Of a DNA stretch of 64,000 bases, positions 14,828-28,233 are shown piece by piece. The notes beneath the pieces are model-generated. The model saw nothing but the letters and a program-made list of their open reading frames with translations. It ran no database searches and was not told the DNA's origin. The number at the start of each line of letters is the position of its first letter. Within the stretch, counting starts at the first letter, position 1. This stretch comes from Eledone cirrhosa. Its lineage: Eukaryota. The position numbers and the translations under genes were made by a program. The stretch is taken from the NCBI GenBank assembly GCA_964016885.1, contig OZ024755.1, positions 35,526,001-35,590,000 on the forward strand, given 5' to 3'.

Positions 14828-14891
14828 CCCCGACGGCTATTTCTGGACTCCAGAAATAGCCGTCGAAACGGCTTGAGCTCTGCCGTCGGGG
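14828..14891. mobile_element. 64-bp piggyBac-like mini-MITE
   Basis: TTAA|CCCCGACGGC ... GCCGTCGGGG|TTAA with an internal perfect hairpin. Confidence 0.7.
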
Positions 14892-14984
14892 TTAAACTTT
14901 TTGCTATTACCCACTCTACTACCCTAAGTATTGAGTACTCTGGTGCGTTATGGTCCATCTGGTTCCTTACCACACCTCCTTCGT

Positions 14985-14986
14985 TA

Positions 14987-15072
<86 letters not shown>

Positions 15073-15300
15073 TATATATATATGCATATATATATATATA
15101 CATACATATATATATATACATATGTGTATATATATATACATACATATATATATATGTGTGTATATATATATAAATATACACATATATATATATATATACA
15201 TACATAAACACATACACATATATATATACACACACACACACATATTTATATTCATATATATATATACATACACACATATGTATATACAGACATTCATACA
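14985..15300. repeat. Degenerate (TA/CA)n microsatellite
   Basis: Low-complexity run. Confidence 0.95.
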
Positions 15301-15659
15301 CCAGTGTCACTGAAAAGAAATACAAAAGTACACTGATGGTGAAACGCTAACCATTTCCATCCATTTACCTAGTCATTATCCAAATTATATATGAGTAAAA
15401 AGAGAACTTAGCTATTTAAATGATATATATAATTCAGTCAAAATAATATAACTATTGACAGTACCAACAAAAATGACAGTCATCTGATTTACCCTTTCAG
15501 TAACTAAACCCCCTGCAAACCTCCCCACGTCCTATCATACAAAACTTTATTTTAAAATGTTTATACTTATATAAAAAGTTAACTTTATATAAGAACATTT
15601 GTTATTTACCACAAAAATACAATAGTATATATAGAGTAATGTAATTGGTAAAGGGTAAA

Positions 15660-17420
15660 AGATTGTTTCTGATTGAGGCTCAACTGCAACAGTTTTGTGG
15701 AAAGGAAATATTGATTAAATTGACCCCTGTGCATTACTGGTACTTCATTTTATCAATCCCCGTAAGGATGAAAGGCAAAGCTAACCTCAATGGAATTTGA
15801 ACACAGAATGGAAAGGGCCGTAACTCTATGCTGTAAAGCATGGTATTTGACGCTTTACTGATACTGCCAATCCACCGCACTTAATAATCTAAACTATAAT
15901 AAAGTAAGGAGCACGGGACTGTGTATTTGCATATTATAATTAATTATTCCATTCGCCGAGGTTGACTTTGCCTTTCATCCTTACGGGGTCGATAAAATAA
16001 AGTACCAGTAATGCACTGGGTAATTGCTGGCCTTGTGCCTAAAGTAGAAACACTTATTCCATTAGTAAAATAAGTTTGAATAAATAATTGTTTCTACGTT
16101 TGGCACAAGGCCAGCAATTACCCAGTGTATTACTGGTACTTTATTTTGTCGACCCCGTAAGGATGAAAGGCAAAGTTAACCTCGGCGGGATTTGAACTCA
16201 GAATGGCAAGGGCTGTAACTCTATACGTCAAAGCATGGCGTCTGACCCTCTACCGATACTGCCAATCCACTTTTTCGCCGATCACCTTGACGGTCCGGCA
16301 TCGGTCGCTCGCTCCAGCGCCATCCATTTTCGGGGCCGGTATTACTTTGAATAAATAATTGTTTCTACCTTTGGCACAAGGCCAGCAATTACCCAGTGCA
16401 TTACTGGTATTTATTTTATCGACCCCGCGATAAATAATGAATGAATATTACATAATTTATCTACTAAATTTCGTGAATGTTCATTAAATATATTTTATTA
16501 CTTACTTAAAGATTCACTCCTTTAAAATTTTCAAATGTCAACACTTCCGGTTAGCGATCGCTTAAATAAACATTCATATATTTCCGTCACTAATTCTCTC
16601 CTAATGCAGTTTATATATAATATCGTCTTTTTTAATGTATCATGGATTACGTTACTGATTACATAAGACATTGTAACACAGTCTTCGTTCATTTTCTGTG
16701 TATATTGTCAATTACGATTTTATTTGATGTATCATATCTACATGTATATATACTTGCGTATAATATCAATATACACACTACACATGCTAGCAGATATATG
16801 ATATTGTCTTTTTTTTATGTCCGTAAGGATGAAAGGCAAAGTTAACCTCAGTGGGATTTGAACTCAGATCATAAAGGAACGTAACCCTATGCTGCAAAGC
16901 ATGCCGTCTGACGTTCTACTAATACTGCCAATCCACCATCTTTAATAATAATAATAGTTTCTTATATAGGCACAAGGCCAGCAATTTTGGGGGAGGAGGG
17001 GAAAGTTGATTAAATCAACCCCAGTACATTACTGGTACTTTATTTTATCGACCCCGTAAGGATGACAGGCAAAGTCAACCTCGGCGGGATTTGAACTCAG
17101 ATTGTAAAGGGGTGTAACTCTATGCTGGAAAGCATGGCGTCCAACCCTCTACCGATACTGCCTATCCACCGTTGTACATCTTACGGAACTTGGCCACTGA
17201 AATGTACTACTAATAATAATAATGGTTTATTATATAGGCACAAGGGAGAAGGGGAAGTCGCAATTAAATCGACCCCAGTGTGTGACTGGTACTTTATTTT
17301 ATCGACCCCGTAAAGATGAAAGGCAAAGTCAACCTCGGCGGGATTTGAACTCAGATCACAAAGGGCCGTAACTCTATGCTGGAAAGCATGGCGTCCGACC
17401 CTCTACCGATACTGCCAATC
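15660..17420 (-). mobile_element. Cluster of about 7 SINE family A copies (mostly minus strand)
   Basis: Repeated family A bodies at about 15660, 15954(+), 16085, 16355, 16820, 16955 and 17225. Confidence 0.8.
16276..16342 (-). rRNA. 28S rRNA-derived fragment (non-functional insertion)
   Basis: Minus strand ...accggccccGAAAATGGATGGCGCTGGAGCG... matches the conserved LSU rRNA segment recalled as ACTAGCCCTGAAAATGGATGGCGCTGGAGCG. It is a GC-rich island in AT-rich DNA. Confidence 0.7.
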
Positions 17421-17697
17421 CAATAATAATAATGATAATAGACTAACCATTAAAATAAATGCAAATGTATTTTTTCAATAACCAAAAGAAATAACTTTGT
17501 TGATAAAGATATATTTAAGATAAATAGCTTTAAAGCCTCCTTCTAGATAATCCAATTCAAATATATTTATATTTTTTAGACATCATCTGTGGTGAGTGAT
17601 GAGATGTGTTGACTAAGCAGAATCATCTTTATATAGTTTGAATAAGCCATGGTAGTATGATTCAGATATAAGTATTTGTGAGTCTCTCTCTCACTAT

Positions 17698-17759
<62 letters not shown>

Positions 17760-18393
17760 ATGCATATATATATATATATGATGGCTGCAAACTCTGCAAA
17801 GAGTATTGCAATCGCTTGTCAGATTCAGATGTGGGACGCTCGGATATGGCTTTTCAAGCCTGCTAGAGACTTGCACTCCTTCACATACTGACGACAACTA
17901 TGGATCTCCCTGGCTTGAGATCCTGTATCAGTTTCCCCTGAACCCTTACAACACCATGGAGATCATAGTTCACTGGTTCTCTTTGAAAATGGCTGCGACT
18001 GTGGCTCCTGAAACCAGATTTGCTCAAGTAAATTTTTCCACACTCAGGGCACTTCAATTCAATGGAGACACTGATCGCTTCGAGAGATACACCATTTCAT
18101 CCCACAGGGTGTCCATATATCACCCTCCTCACCAAGCAAGCTTGGTGGGGTTGCCGGTTTAGTCGCTGACAACCCGACCATGAGACAGGTAGTTACATGT
18201 TACCAGTAGCACTCGAGAGCAACCCGACACATATATATATATATATATTCATTTCGATTTGGTTGTTTACCACTGGATAGAACTGGTCTCGAAGGTGGTC
18301 AGCCAAACTGAAAACTGGCCCTGACCGCCCTATTTTTTTAACCTCTTGGATTGTGTTTACTATTATTTCTTTATTATATAACTTTTATGCAAT

Positions 18394-18455
18394 AAACACC
18401 TGATGATGTCATCACGATCTTACGGAACTTGGCCACTGAAATGTACATAGTGTTT
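18394..18455 (+). ncRNA. Minimal type-I hammerhead ribozyme (Penelope-like pLTR)
   Basis: AAACAC-CTGATGA-[stem II, degenerate]-GAAA-TGTACA-TA-GTGTTT. Perfect 6-bp stem I, palindromic stem III, AUA cleavage triplet, AATAAA 5 nt downstream, (TA)n at about 18230. Confidence 0.8.
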
Positions 18456-18499
18456 GCTATAATAAATCTTTGAAGGAATTTCACCAGTCCGGCCTCTAA

Positions 18500-19225
18500 C
18501 AGTTAGGGAAAGCTACATATGCAGTAGATGTTCAGGGAAAATTGAGTAGAAGTTGCAGTGGTAGACACATTTTTCAAATGCAGGTAGGATCTATAGAGGT
18601 GGTTGATAGCTTCCGGTACTGAGGTGATCAGATTAGGAAGGGAGGATGGTGTTCCAAGGCCATAGTATCTAGAATAAGGACAGGTTGGAAGAAGTTTAGG
18701 GAGCTGCTTCCTCTGTTGACAAAGAAGGGTTTCTCCCTACGAACGAAAGGCCAGTTATATGATGCCTGTGTGAGATGCGCAGTGCTGCATGGTAGTGAGA
18801 CATGGGCAGCAACTGCGGAGGATATGCGACGGCTGAAGAGAAATGAAGCAAGCATGCTCTGTTGGATGTGCAATGTCAATGTGCGTGAATGACCAGGCAT
18901 AGATGAGTTGAGAGTGAAAATGTGTGTAAGAGGGATAAGTTGTAGTGTGCGGGAGAGAAGACTGCGTTGGTATGGACATGTGATGGTATGGACGTGGAGG
19001 ATGGTCGCTGGGTGAAGAAGTGCCAAGAAATCCCAGTGGAAGGAAGATGCAGTAGAGGAAGACCTTGAAAATCATGGGCAGAGGTGGTGAGAGCTGATCT
19101 CAGATCGCTCAAGCTCACAGAGGAGATGACAAAAGACCGTGATGAATGGAGAGATGTTGTGCTGAAAAGGACCCATCCCACCCTTGCAAGCAAGCAGGGA
19201 GAAGTGGACAGATGATGATGATGAT
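18500..19225 (+). mobile_element. 5'-truncated RTE LINE (same family as 50683-52683)
   Basis: YICSRCSGKL...IEVVDSFRY...GWKKFRELLPLL...LRWYGHV..., ending in an (ATG)n tail. Confidence 0.85.
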
Positions 19226-19256
<31 letters not shown>

Positions 19257-19489
19257 TTCAATGAATGTATGTGAGTGGTACAGACTAGAGACCATAGATG
19301 ACTTGTTCAGACAGGGAAGCAATTGATGGAATGGAAATGGCAGAGAAATATTCACCATAAACAATATTTCAATTACATAGAATTCTATAGTATTATTTAA
19401 TTGCTTTGGTAATTACAGGCATCTTCAAGATTGAAAGGAGAACGGCATATAAAATGGTCAAAGTGATGTGGTAAAAACAGTACTGTCGC

Positions 19490-20655
19490 CACCAACACCA
19501 CCCCCATCACTACAACAACAATAACCATCACCACCACCACCACCACCACAACTATTATCGCCACCATCAGCACCACCGCTACAACAACAACGACAACAAC
19601 CATTATCAATCACCATCATCACAACTACTACTGTTGCCACCACTGCCACCACCACAACAACAACAATAACCATTGTTACCACCACCACCTCTACACCAAC
19701 CACCACCACCACACCAACCACCACCACCACCACACCAACCACCACCACCACACCAACCACCACCACCACCAACAATACCCCACCACCACTACCACCACCA
19801 ACACTACCCCCCCCCCACCATATTTACAACGCTTGGTCCACTTCTCCATTACCATAATATATTACACCAGCGCTTCTATTGATAGTCTGCCACATATCTA
19901 TAACATTCAACATTACCCCACCACCACTACTACAACCACCACCACCACCACTACCACCATTACTACAACAACCACCACCACCACTACTACAACCACCATT
20001 ACCACCACCACCACTAATAACATGACATATCTATAACATTCAATAATACCCCCCCATACACACACCACCACCACCACCCTGACCCCCCATACACACCATC
20101 ACCACTGCCCTGACCCCCCCCCCCCCACACCCCCCTGACCACCCTCCACACCACCACCACTGCCCTGACCACCCTCCACACCACCACTGCCCTGACACCC
20201 CCCATACACACCACCACCAACATCCTCCACACCACCACCACTGCCCTGGCCCCCCCATACACACCACCAGCACTGCCCTGAGCCCCCCACACACCACCAC
20301 CACTGCCCTGACTCCCCCATACACACCACCACCACTGCCCTGACCCCCCCATACACACCACCAGCACTGCCCTGAGCCCCCCACACACCACCACCACTGC
20401 CCTGACTCCCCCATACACACCACCACCACTGCCCTGACCCCCCCATACACACCACCAGCACTGCCCTGACCCCCCCACACACCACCCTCCACACCACCAC
20501 CACTGCCCTGACCCCCCATACACACCACCAGCACTGCCCTGACCCCCCCACACACCACCCTCCACACCACCACCACTGCCCTGACCCCCCATACACACCA
20601 CGAGCACTGCCCTGACCCCCCCACACACCACCCTCCACACCACCACCACCACCAA
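19490..20655. repeat. (CCA)n-rich low complexity and a C-rich minisatellite (accaccactgccctgacccccc...)
   Basis: Tandem units are visible; they generate the Gly/Val ORFs. Confidence 0.95.
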
Positions 20656-21012
20656 CGTCTGTGTGGTATATTGTCTTCTGACTTCAACTATAATGAGATG
20701 AAGAAAGAGAGACAACATAAGAAGAAGACACCCCACCAATGGTTCTTGACAACTGTAGCTGGGTTTCTACTTTTGGCACAAGGCCAGTAATTATCCCAGT
20801 ACATTACTGGTACTTTATTTTATCGCCCCCGTAGGGATGAAAGGTAAAGTTAACCTTGGCGGGATTTGAACTCAGAGCGTAAAGGGCCGTGACTCTGTGC
20901 TGCAAAGCATGGTGTCCGACCCTCTACCAATACTGCCAATCCACTGGGGGTGAGACATGAAGTGTAGATGCTGATTCACCATTAGCAACTTTCCCCCCGT
21001 CTTTCTAGTGTC

Positions 21013-21232
21013 TTGGATGGGTCTTAGGCCTGCATGGGTTGGATGGGTCTTAGGCCTGCATGGGTTGGATGGGTCTTAGGCCTGCATGGGTTGGATGGGT
21101 CTTAGGCCTGCATGGGTTGGATGGGTCTTAGGCCTGCATGGGTTGGATGGGTCTTAGGCCTGCATGTCTTGAATGGGTCTTAGGCCTGCATGTCTTGAAT
21201 GGGTCTTAGGCCTGCATGTCTTGGATGGGTCT
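21013..21232. repeat. 26-bp minisatellite, about 8 copies
   Basis: Unit ttggatgggtcttaggcctgcatggg, resembling the RTE 3'-end motif gcatgggttggacggg. Confidence 0.9.
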
Positions 21233-21699
21233 TTTTCAAACAAGCATCTTACCACTTGTTATTTCTTTATGAAACTGAACATCCTGAAATCAGCTGTCAC
21301 CACTTCAGCTTATCTGTTTCTCAGTCTTCCTCTTCTGCTGATTCCTTCCACTTGAATCTCTTGGCATGTCTTTATACCCAACTACTATGAACATTATATG
21401 CTGGATTGGCAGGGCGGTGGAGGGTCAGATGTCATGCTTTGCAGCATAGAGTTACGGCCCTTTATGATCTGAGTTCAAATGCCGCCGAGGTTAACTTTGC
21501 CTTTCATCCTTACGGGGGTCGATAAAATAAAGTACCAGTCACGCACTAGGGTCGATTTAATCGACTTTCCCCTCCCCCCAAATTGCTGGTCTTGTGCCTA
21601 TATAAGAAACCAACATATTTTTGGAGAACCCCTTCCACTGTTAATTAGGCTATATAGGTAACAGAAGCTATCAATTACTTCTATGGAAGTATAAATAGT

Positions 21700-21912
21700 G
21701 AAAGAGTCACTCGCGGGGAAGAAAAACTTAACAACCTCCCATCTGAAACAACAATGGAGCTAAAAGCAAGTGAGGCACTGCTCCCTGGAGCAGATACAAA
21801 CTATGCAGTGTGGAAATGCCTAAATATACTAAGATCTGGTGTTGGACATGCAAAAGTCACTCTTGTAAAATGGGGACATTTAAAGGATGGGTACATTGTG
21901 TGTGACTGCAGC
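21700..21912 (+). mobile_element. Vingi/Ingi-like LINE C-terminal fragment
   Basis: WKCLNILRSGVGHAKVTLVKWGHL...CDC; overlaps the peptide seen at about 13315. Confidence 0.6.
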
Positions 21913-22012
21913 AGTTTAAATGCTAAAGGGTTAATGTAGTCATGTTATACTCTGGAAGTCAAATAAAACCTGGCCGTGCAGTATATAGGCTGTATCTAGT
22001 AGTTGTCTATTT

Positions 22013-22763
22013 CAGGCATGTCAAACATGTGGCCCACTGGCTGCATGTGGCCCTTAACAAGCACACCTGCGGCCTTCACAAAGATTTTTACAGTGCGAGC
22101 ATGTTTTATCTTTGTAATATAAAATAAAAAATATTAGTTGTAATGTGCGCAATTAGTTGTAATGTGTGGCCCTCAGACAACACATGTGACCCATGTGGTC
22201 CCCAGACAACACATATGTAACCCATGTGGCCCTCAGACAACACATATGTGACCCATGTGGCCCTCAGACAACACATGTGTGACCCATGTGGCCCTCAGAC
22301 AACACATATATGATGCATGTAGCCCTCAGACAACACATATAGGACCCATGTGGCCCTCACACAACACATGTGGCCCTCAGAAAACATATGTGATGCATGT
22401 GACCCTCAGACAACATATATATGACCCATGTGGCCCTCAGACAACACATATGTGACCCATGTGGCTCTCAGACAACACATATGTGACCCATGTGGCTTTC
22501 AGACAACACATATGTGACCCATGTCACCCTCAGACAACACATATGTGACCTATGTGACCCTCAGACAACACATATGTGACCCATGTGGCCCTCAGACAAC
22601 ACATGTAACCCATGTAGTCCTCAGACAACACATATGTGACCCCCATACAACACATATGTGACACATGTGACCCTCAGACAACACACATGTGACCCATGTG
22701 GCCCTCAGACAACACATGTATGACTCATGTGGCCCTCGGGGTACCCTCAATTTGACATGCCTC
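22013..22763. mobile_element. hAT (Buster/Charlie-type) MITE with an internal about 33-bp tandem array
   Basis: TIRs CAGGCATGTCAAA / TTTGACATGCCTC; perfect 8-bp TSD GTCTATTT at 22005-22012 and 22764-22771 with the central TA. Confidence 0.9.
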
Positions 22764-23108
22764 GTCTATTTGCTGCTGTATCAGTTTTGATGTTAGGCCT
22801 CTTGAAGTAGATTTAATGACAAAAATCGAAGGAATACACATGGTTTCTGTGGTTCTGTGGTTCAGTGGTGGAAGTAATGTGATCAGTTCTACTCACTCTT
22901 ATACTTTATTTTGAGTTGTTCTAAAACAACACTACACCTGGTATTCCTGCCCATACACATGTATGCATGTATCTGTGTGTATATCATGACTCATACACTG
23001 TTCATTTTCTTGACATTTGTACATTATCCTATGCATTATACATGCCCCTTTAATTTTCATTATTATTTTTATTATTATATATTATTATATAGTTATATAG
23101 TTGTATAG

Positions 23109-23297
23109 GGCGGTGGATTGGTAGTATCGGTAGAGGGTCGGACGCCATGCTTTCCAGCATAGTTACGTCCCTTTACGATGCGAGTTCAAATCCGGCCGAG
23201 CTTGACTTTGCCTTTCATCCTTACGAGGTCGATAAAATAAAGTACCAGTAATGCACTGGGTAATTGCTGGCCTTGTGCCTAAAGTAGAAACAATTAT
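23109..23297 (+). mobile_element. SINE family A, about 35 nt from the kinase exon donor
   Basis: Full head-to-tail family A copy. Confidence 0.85.
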
Positions 23298-23332
23298 TAT
23301 ATAGTTAGCAAGTTAATGAATATTGTTCTCAC

Positions 23333-23443
23333 CTTCAAAATAAGTTGTATCTGTTTTATCACTTGGCTGTGGTTGGAAAGGAGCAGTCTGTTCAAGAAGT
23401 TTATCCCAGGCCACATCCTCAAAAATCTTCATTTCCTTAACAT
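23333..23443 (-). CDS. MASTL: Internal coding exon of a Greatwall/MASTL-like Ser/Thr kinase (AGC C-terminal tail)
   Basis: Minus strand reads ttacattgcAG|AT GTT AAG ... TAT TTT GAA G|GTgaga: 111 nt, phase 1-1. It encodes (D)VKEMKIFEDVAWDKLLEQTAPFQPQPSDKTDTTYFE, matching the F-x2-V-x-W-x2-L...PFxPxPxDxTDTxYFE tail recalled for Greatwall/MASTL. MAST and other AGC kinases are less likely alternatives. Flanking exons were not identified. Confidence 0.85.
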
Positions 23444-23742
23444 CTGCAATGTAAAGAAGATATTTCAAGATATTTTCAATATATACAAACACACACATCA
23501 TCATCATCATTTTATGTCTGCTTTTCCCTGCTTGCAAGGGTGGGGCGGGTGCTATTCAACACAACATCTCTCCACTTGTCACGGTCCTTTGTCATCGCCA
23601 CCGTGAGCTTCTGCGATATATATATATATATCTGTCTTTTTTCATATAGCGCTGGCCTCGGGACCCCCCTGCTGGTCCTTTAACCTTGTTCTGGTGACGC
23701 AGCTCGATGGAGCATGCAACTACTGATATACTCATGTTTATA

Positions 23743-23789
23743 GGCTCTGATGATTCCTGCCATGGTGTATGGATGAAACACTGTTAGCT
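23743..23789 (+). ncRNA. Minimal type-I hammerhead ribozyme (partly degenerate)
   Basis: GGCT-CTGATGA-ttcctgccatggtgtatggat-GAAA-CACTG-TT-AGCT followed by AATAAA; close to (TA)n at about 23617. Confidence 0.6.
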
Positions 23790-24215
23790 AATAAAACAAT
23801 GTATTTCTAAGCACTCTTTGGTTATTCCTATAACTGTAACGGCTCTGTAGTATACTAGTTATCCTAAATTGAGCTAAAACCACACTGTCATACCAAGGGT
23901 AATATATCTGCATGTCTGGGCATATTGATATATTTGTCAACGAAATATATATATATATATATATATTTAAAAGAATAGAGGTGTAACACACAAGTTATGA
24001 TATATTGGTAAACGGAATAGAAAATGCTGACAAATTGTTCACAGTGAAAAATAGTTTAATTAGGAATAAATGAGAATTAGTAATAGTATTGGTTAGTATT
24101 CAGTTTTGGTTTTTAGTTTTACCGGTTGCGCATTTCTAATGCTTTTCAAAAATAATTTTGAGATAGAGCGTCCGTGATGTTTGCTATGATCTGTATGTTT
24201 GCTCTCTCTCTCCCC

Positions 24216-24267
<52 letters not shown>

Positions 24268-24511
24268 TGAGGTATAGAGGAAGAACTGACCCCTGTATTG
24301 GACTGATACTTTTTTATTCACTTCAAAAGGATAAAAGACAAAGTTGACCTTGGTGAGATTTGAACTCAAAGTACAGAGAGCAGAGCTGGACTGAGTACAG
24401 CAAAGCATCCTATCTCACATCCTAACAACTCTGCCAACCCATAGCCTACTTACAAAGCAGTAGATATAATGATGGAACAAATATTTAGTTTCGAGAAAAT
24501 TTCAACAGAAT

Positions 24512-25015
24512 AATAATTGTCTCTTGTTTTGGCACAAGGGCAGTAATTACCCCAGTGCATTACTGGTACTTTATTTTATCGACCCCGTAAGGATGAAAGG
24601 TAAAGTTAACCTTGGCGGGATTTGAACTCAGAATGGCAAGGCATGGCGTCCGACCCTCTACCTATACTGCCAATCCACTGTCCCTTCAGAACAATAATTG
24701 TTTCTACTTTTGGCACAAGGCCAGCAATTACCCAGTGCATTACTGGTACTTTATTTTATCGACCCCGTAAGGATGAAAGGCAAAGTTAACCTCGGCGGGA
24801 TTTGTTTCAATAAATAATGAATGAATAAATAATTGTTTCTACTTTTGGCACCAGGCCAGCAATTATCCCAGTGCATTACTGGTACTTTATTTTATCGACC
24901 ACGTAAGGATGAAAGGCAAAGTTAACCTCGGCGGGATTTGAACTCAGAATGGCAAGAACCGTAACTCTATGCTGCAAGGCATGGCGTCCCACCCTCTACC
25001 GATACTGCCAATTCA
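24512..25015 (-). mobile_element. Three tandem SINE family A copies
   Basis: Reverse-complement family A bodies. Confidence 0.85.
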
Positions 25016-25572
25016 CAGAACAATAATGAAACACAGGCATGGCTTGTTTGTAAATGCTAACAACATAGAAATACATAATCAGAAGTAGATAATTAATTAA
25101 AATCTCACAGCTTTCATAAATAGAATAAAACATACAACCCTTAATTAGAAGATTGCTAGTTAAGGCTTTACTTACAAAAGATAACACACACACACACGCA
25201 TATATACGGCTACAAACACACACACGCACATATATAACTATAGAAACATACACACAAATGTACACACATAAAATAACTATAGAAACACACACAAATACAC
25301 ACACAGACACACACAAATACAAGGCTATAATAAAAACACACACACACAAACAAGACTATAAAAACACACACACAAATGCACAGACACACACGAATACACA
25401 CACACACTCACACACATACATACAAGACTATAAAAACACACACAGACTTACACACATACATACAAGACTATAAAAACACACACACACACACACACATACA
25501 TACACATACATTTGTGAAGCTAATAGTTAACATTGATTAGTTATGTGCAAGTTAATAAGGGTGTGACAGGGA

Positions 25573-27160
25573 GTGTGTACACACATGGATGTGTACACAC
25601 ATATGGAAGTGTACACACATATGGATGTGTACACATATGGATGTGTACACACATGGATGTGTACACATATGGATGTGTATCCATATGGATGTGTACACAT
25701 ATGGATGTGTACACACATGGATGTGTACACATCCATGTGTGTACACAGTCTTGTGTGTACACATCAATGTGTGTACACAGTCTTGTGTGTACACATCCAT
25801 ATGAGTACACAATCTTGTGTGTACACATCAATGTGTGCACACATCCATATGTGTGTACACATGCATATGTGTACACAGTCTTGTGTGTACACATCCATGT
25901 GTGTACTCATCCATGTGTGTACACACATCCACATGTGTACACATCCATGTGTGTACACATCAATGTGTGTACACAGTCTTGTGTGTACACATCCATATGA
26001 GTACACAATCTTGTGTGTACACATCCATATATGTACACATCAATGTGTGCACACATCCATGTGTGCACACATCCATATGTGTGTACACATGCATATGTGT
26101 ACACAGTCTTGTGTGTACACATCCATGTGTGTACTCATCCATGTGTGTACACACATCCACATGTGTACACATCCATGTGTGTACACATCCATATGTGTAC
26201 ACCATCATGTGTGTACACATCCATATGTGTGTACACATCCATATGTGTGTACACATACATGTGTGCACACATCCATGTGTGTACACATCCATATGTGTAC
26301 ACATCCATGTGTGTACACATCCATATGTGTGTACACATGCACATGTGTACACAGTCTTGTGTGTACACATCCATGTGTGTACTCATCCATGTGTGTACAC
26401 ATCCATATGTGTATACATCCATGTGTGTACACATCCATATGTGTACACCGTCTTGTGTGTACACATCCATATGTGTGTACACATGCATATGTGTACACAG
26501 TCTTGTGTGTACACATCCATGTGTGTACACATCCATGTGTGTACACATCCATGTGTGTACTCATTCATGTGTGTACACACATCCATATGTGTACACATCC
26601 ATGTGTGTACACAGTCTTGTGTGTACACCGTCGTGTGTGTACACATCCATATGTGTGTACACATCCATATGTGTGTACACATACATGTGTGCACACATCT
26701 ATGTGTGTACACATCCATATGTGTACACATCCATGTGTGTACACATCCATATGTGTGTACACATGCATATGTGTACACAGTCTTGTGTGTACACATCCAT
26801 GTGTGTACACACATCCATATGTGTACACATCCATGTGTGTACAGTCTTGTGGGTACACATCCATATGTGTACACATCCATATGTGTGTACACATCCATAT
26901 GTGTACACATCCATATGTGTGTACACATCCATATGTGTACACATCCATATGTGTGTACACATCCATATGTGTACACATTCATATGTGTACACATACATGT
27001 GTGCACACATCCATGTGTGTACACATCCATATGTGTGTACACATCTATATGTGTACACAGTCTTGTGTGTACACATCCATATGTGTGTACTCATCCATAT
27101 AGATACACATTCATATGTGTACACATCCATATGTGTACACACATGGATGTGTACACATAA
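25573..27160. repeat. Complex satellite built on GTGTACAC palindromes (gtgtacacatccatat variants)
   Basis: About 1.6 kb of roughly 18-22-nt variant units; orientation flips near 25730 and 27130. Confidence 0.95.
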
Positions 27161-27541
27161 ACAATCCCATCAATATTCTTATAAAAATGATACACCATGT
27201 AAAATATTGCCATAATAACTTAAGGTCCATTTTCTCTGCTAGTGACAATATATATACATACATATACACACATATATATACACAGACATACACACACATA
27301 TGTACATACACACATATATATATGTATGAATATATATATATATACATATATACACACACATATATATATATACACACAGACACACACACATATGTACATA
27401 CACACATATATATATATGTATATATATATATATACATATATATACACACATAAATATAAATACATATATATATATACATATAGATATTATTTAAGTATCT
27501 CTATATATGTATATAAAAATATATACATATATAGAGATACT

Positions 27542-27635
<94 letters not shown>

Positions 27636-27676
27636 GCTACATATATATATATAAATATTTAAATAGATACATATAC

Positions 27677-27735
<59 letters not shown>

Positions 27736-27787
27736 TAAATATATATATATATATATATTCACACATCATCATCATGACAATCATGCT

Positions 27788-27841
<54 letters not shown>

Positions 27842-28199
27842 TATATATATATATATACATGTACACAAAGAAATATATATGGCTATGAGACATATTTATA
27901 GCCAGCTCCAAGCTCAGAATCAATTAACATCTCAGGGATAAAAGTATCTAAGTAGAATAAATACTTGACGGAAAAGAAAGAAAAAAAAATAATCAATGTG
28001 TGTGTGTATGGAGGAGGGGGGGGGGATGTGAGGACACCTTGCTGAAGGTAAACCTTTGATCTTTGATTAGCTGGGTTTGATTTTACAACTAGGAACAAAG
28101 TGGAAAGATAAAACACTGACATTTTTATATTGAATGAGATATGGTTGGTGATGGGTGTGACCAATGACTGGGAGGGGATGGGAGAGAAATAATGGAGAA

Positions 28200-28233
<34 letters not shown>

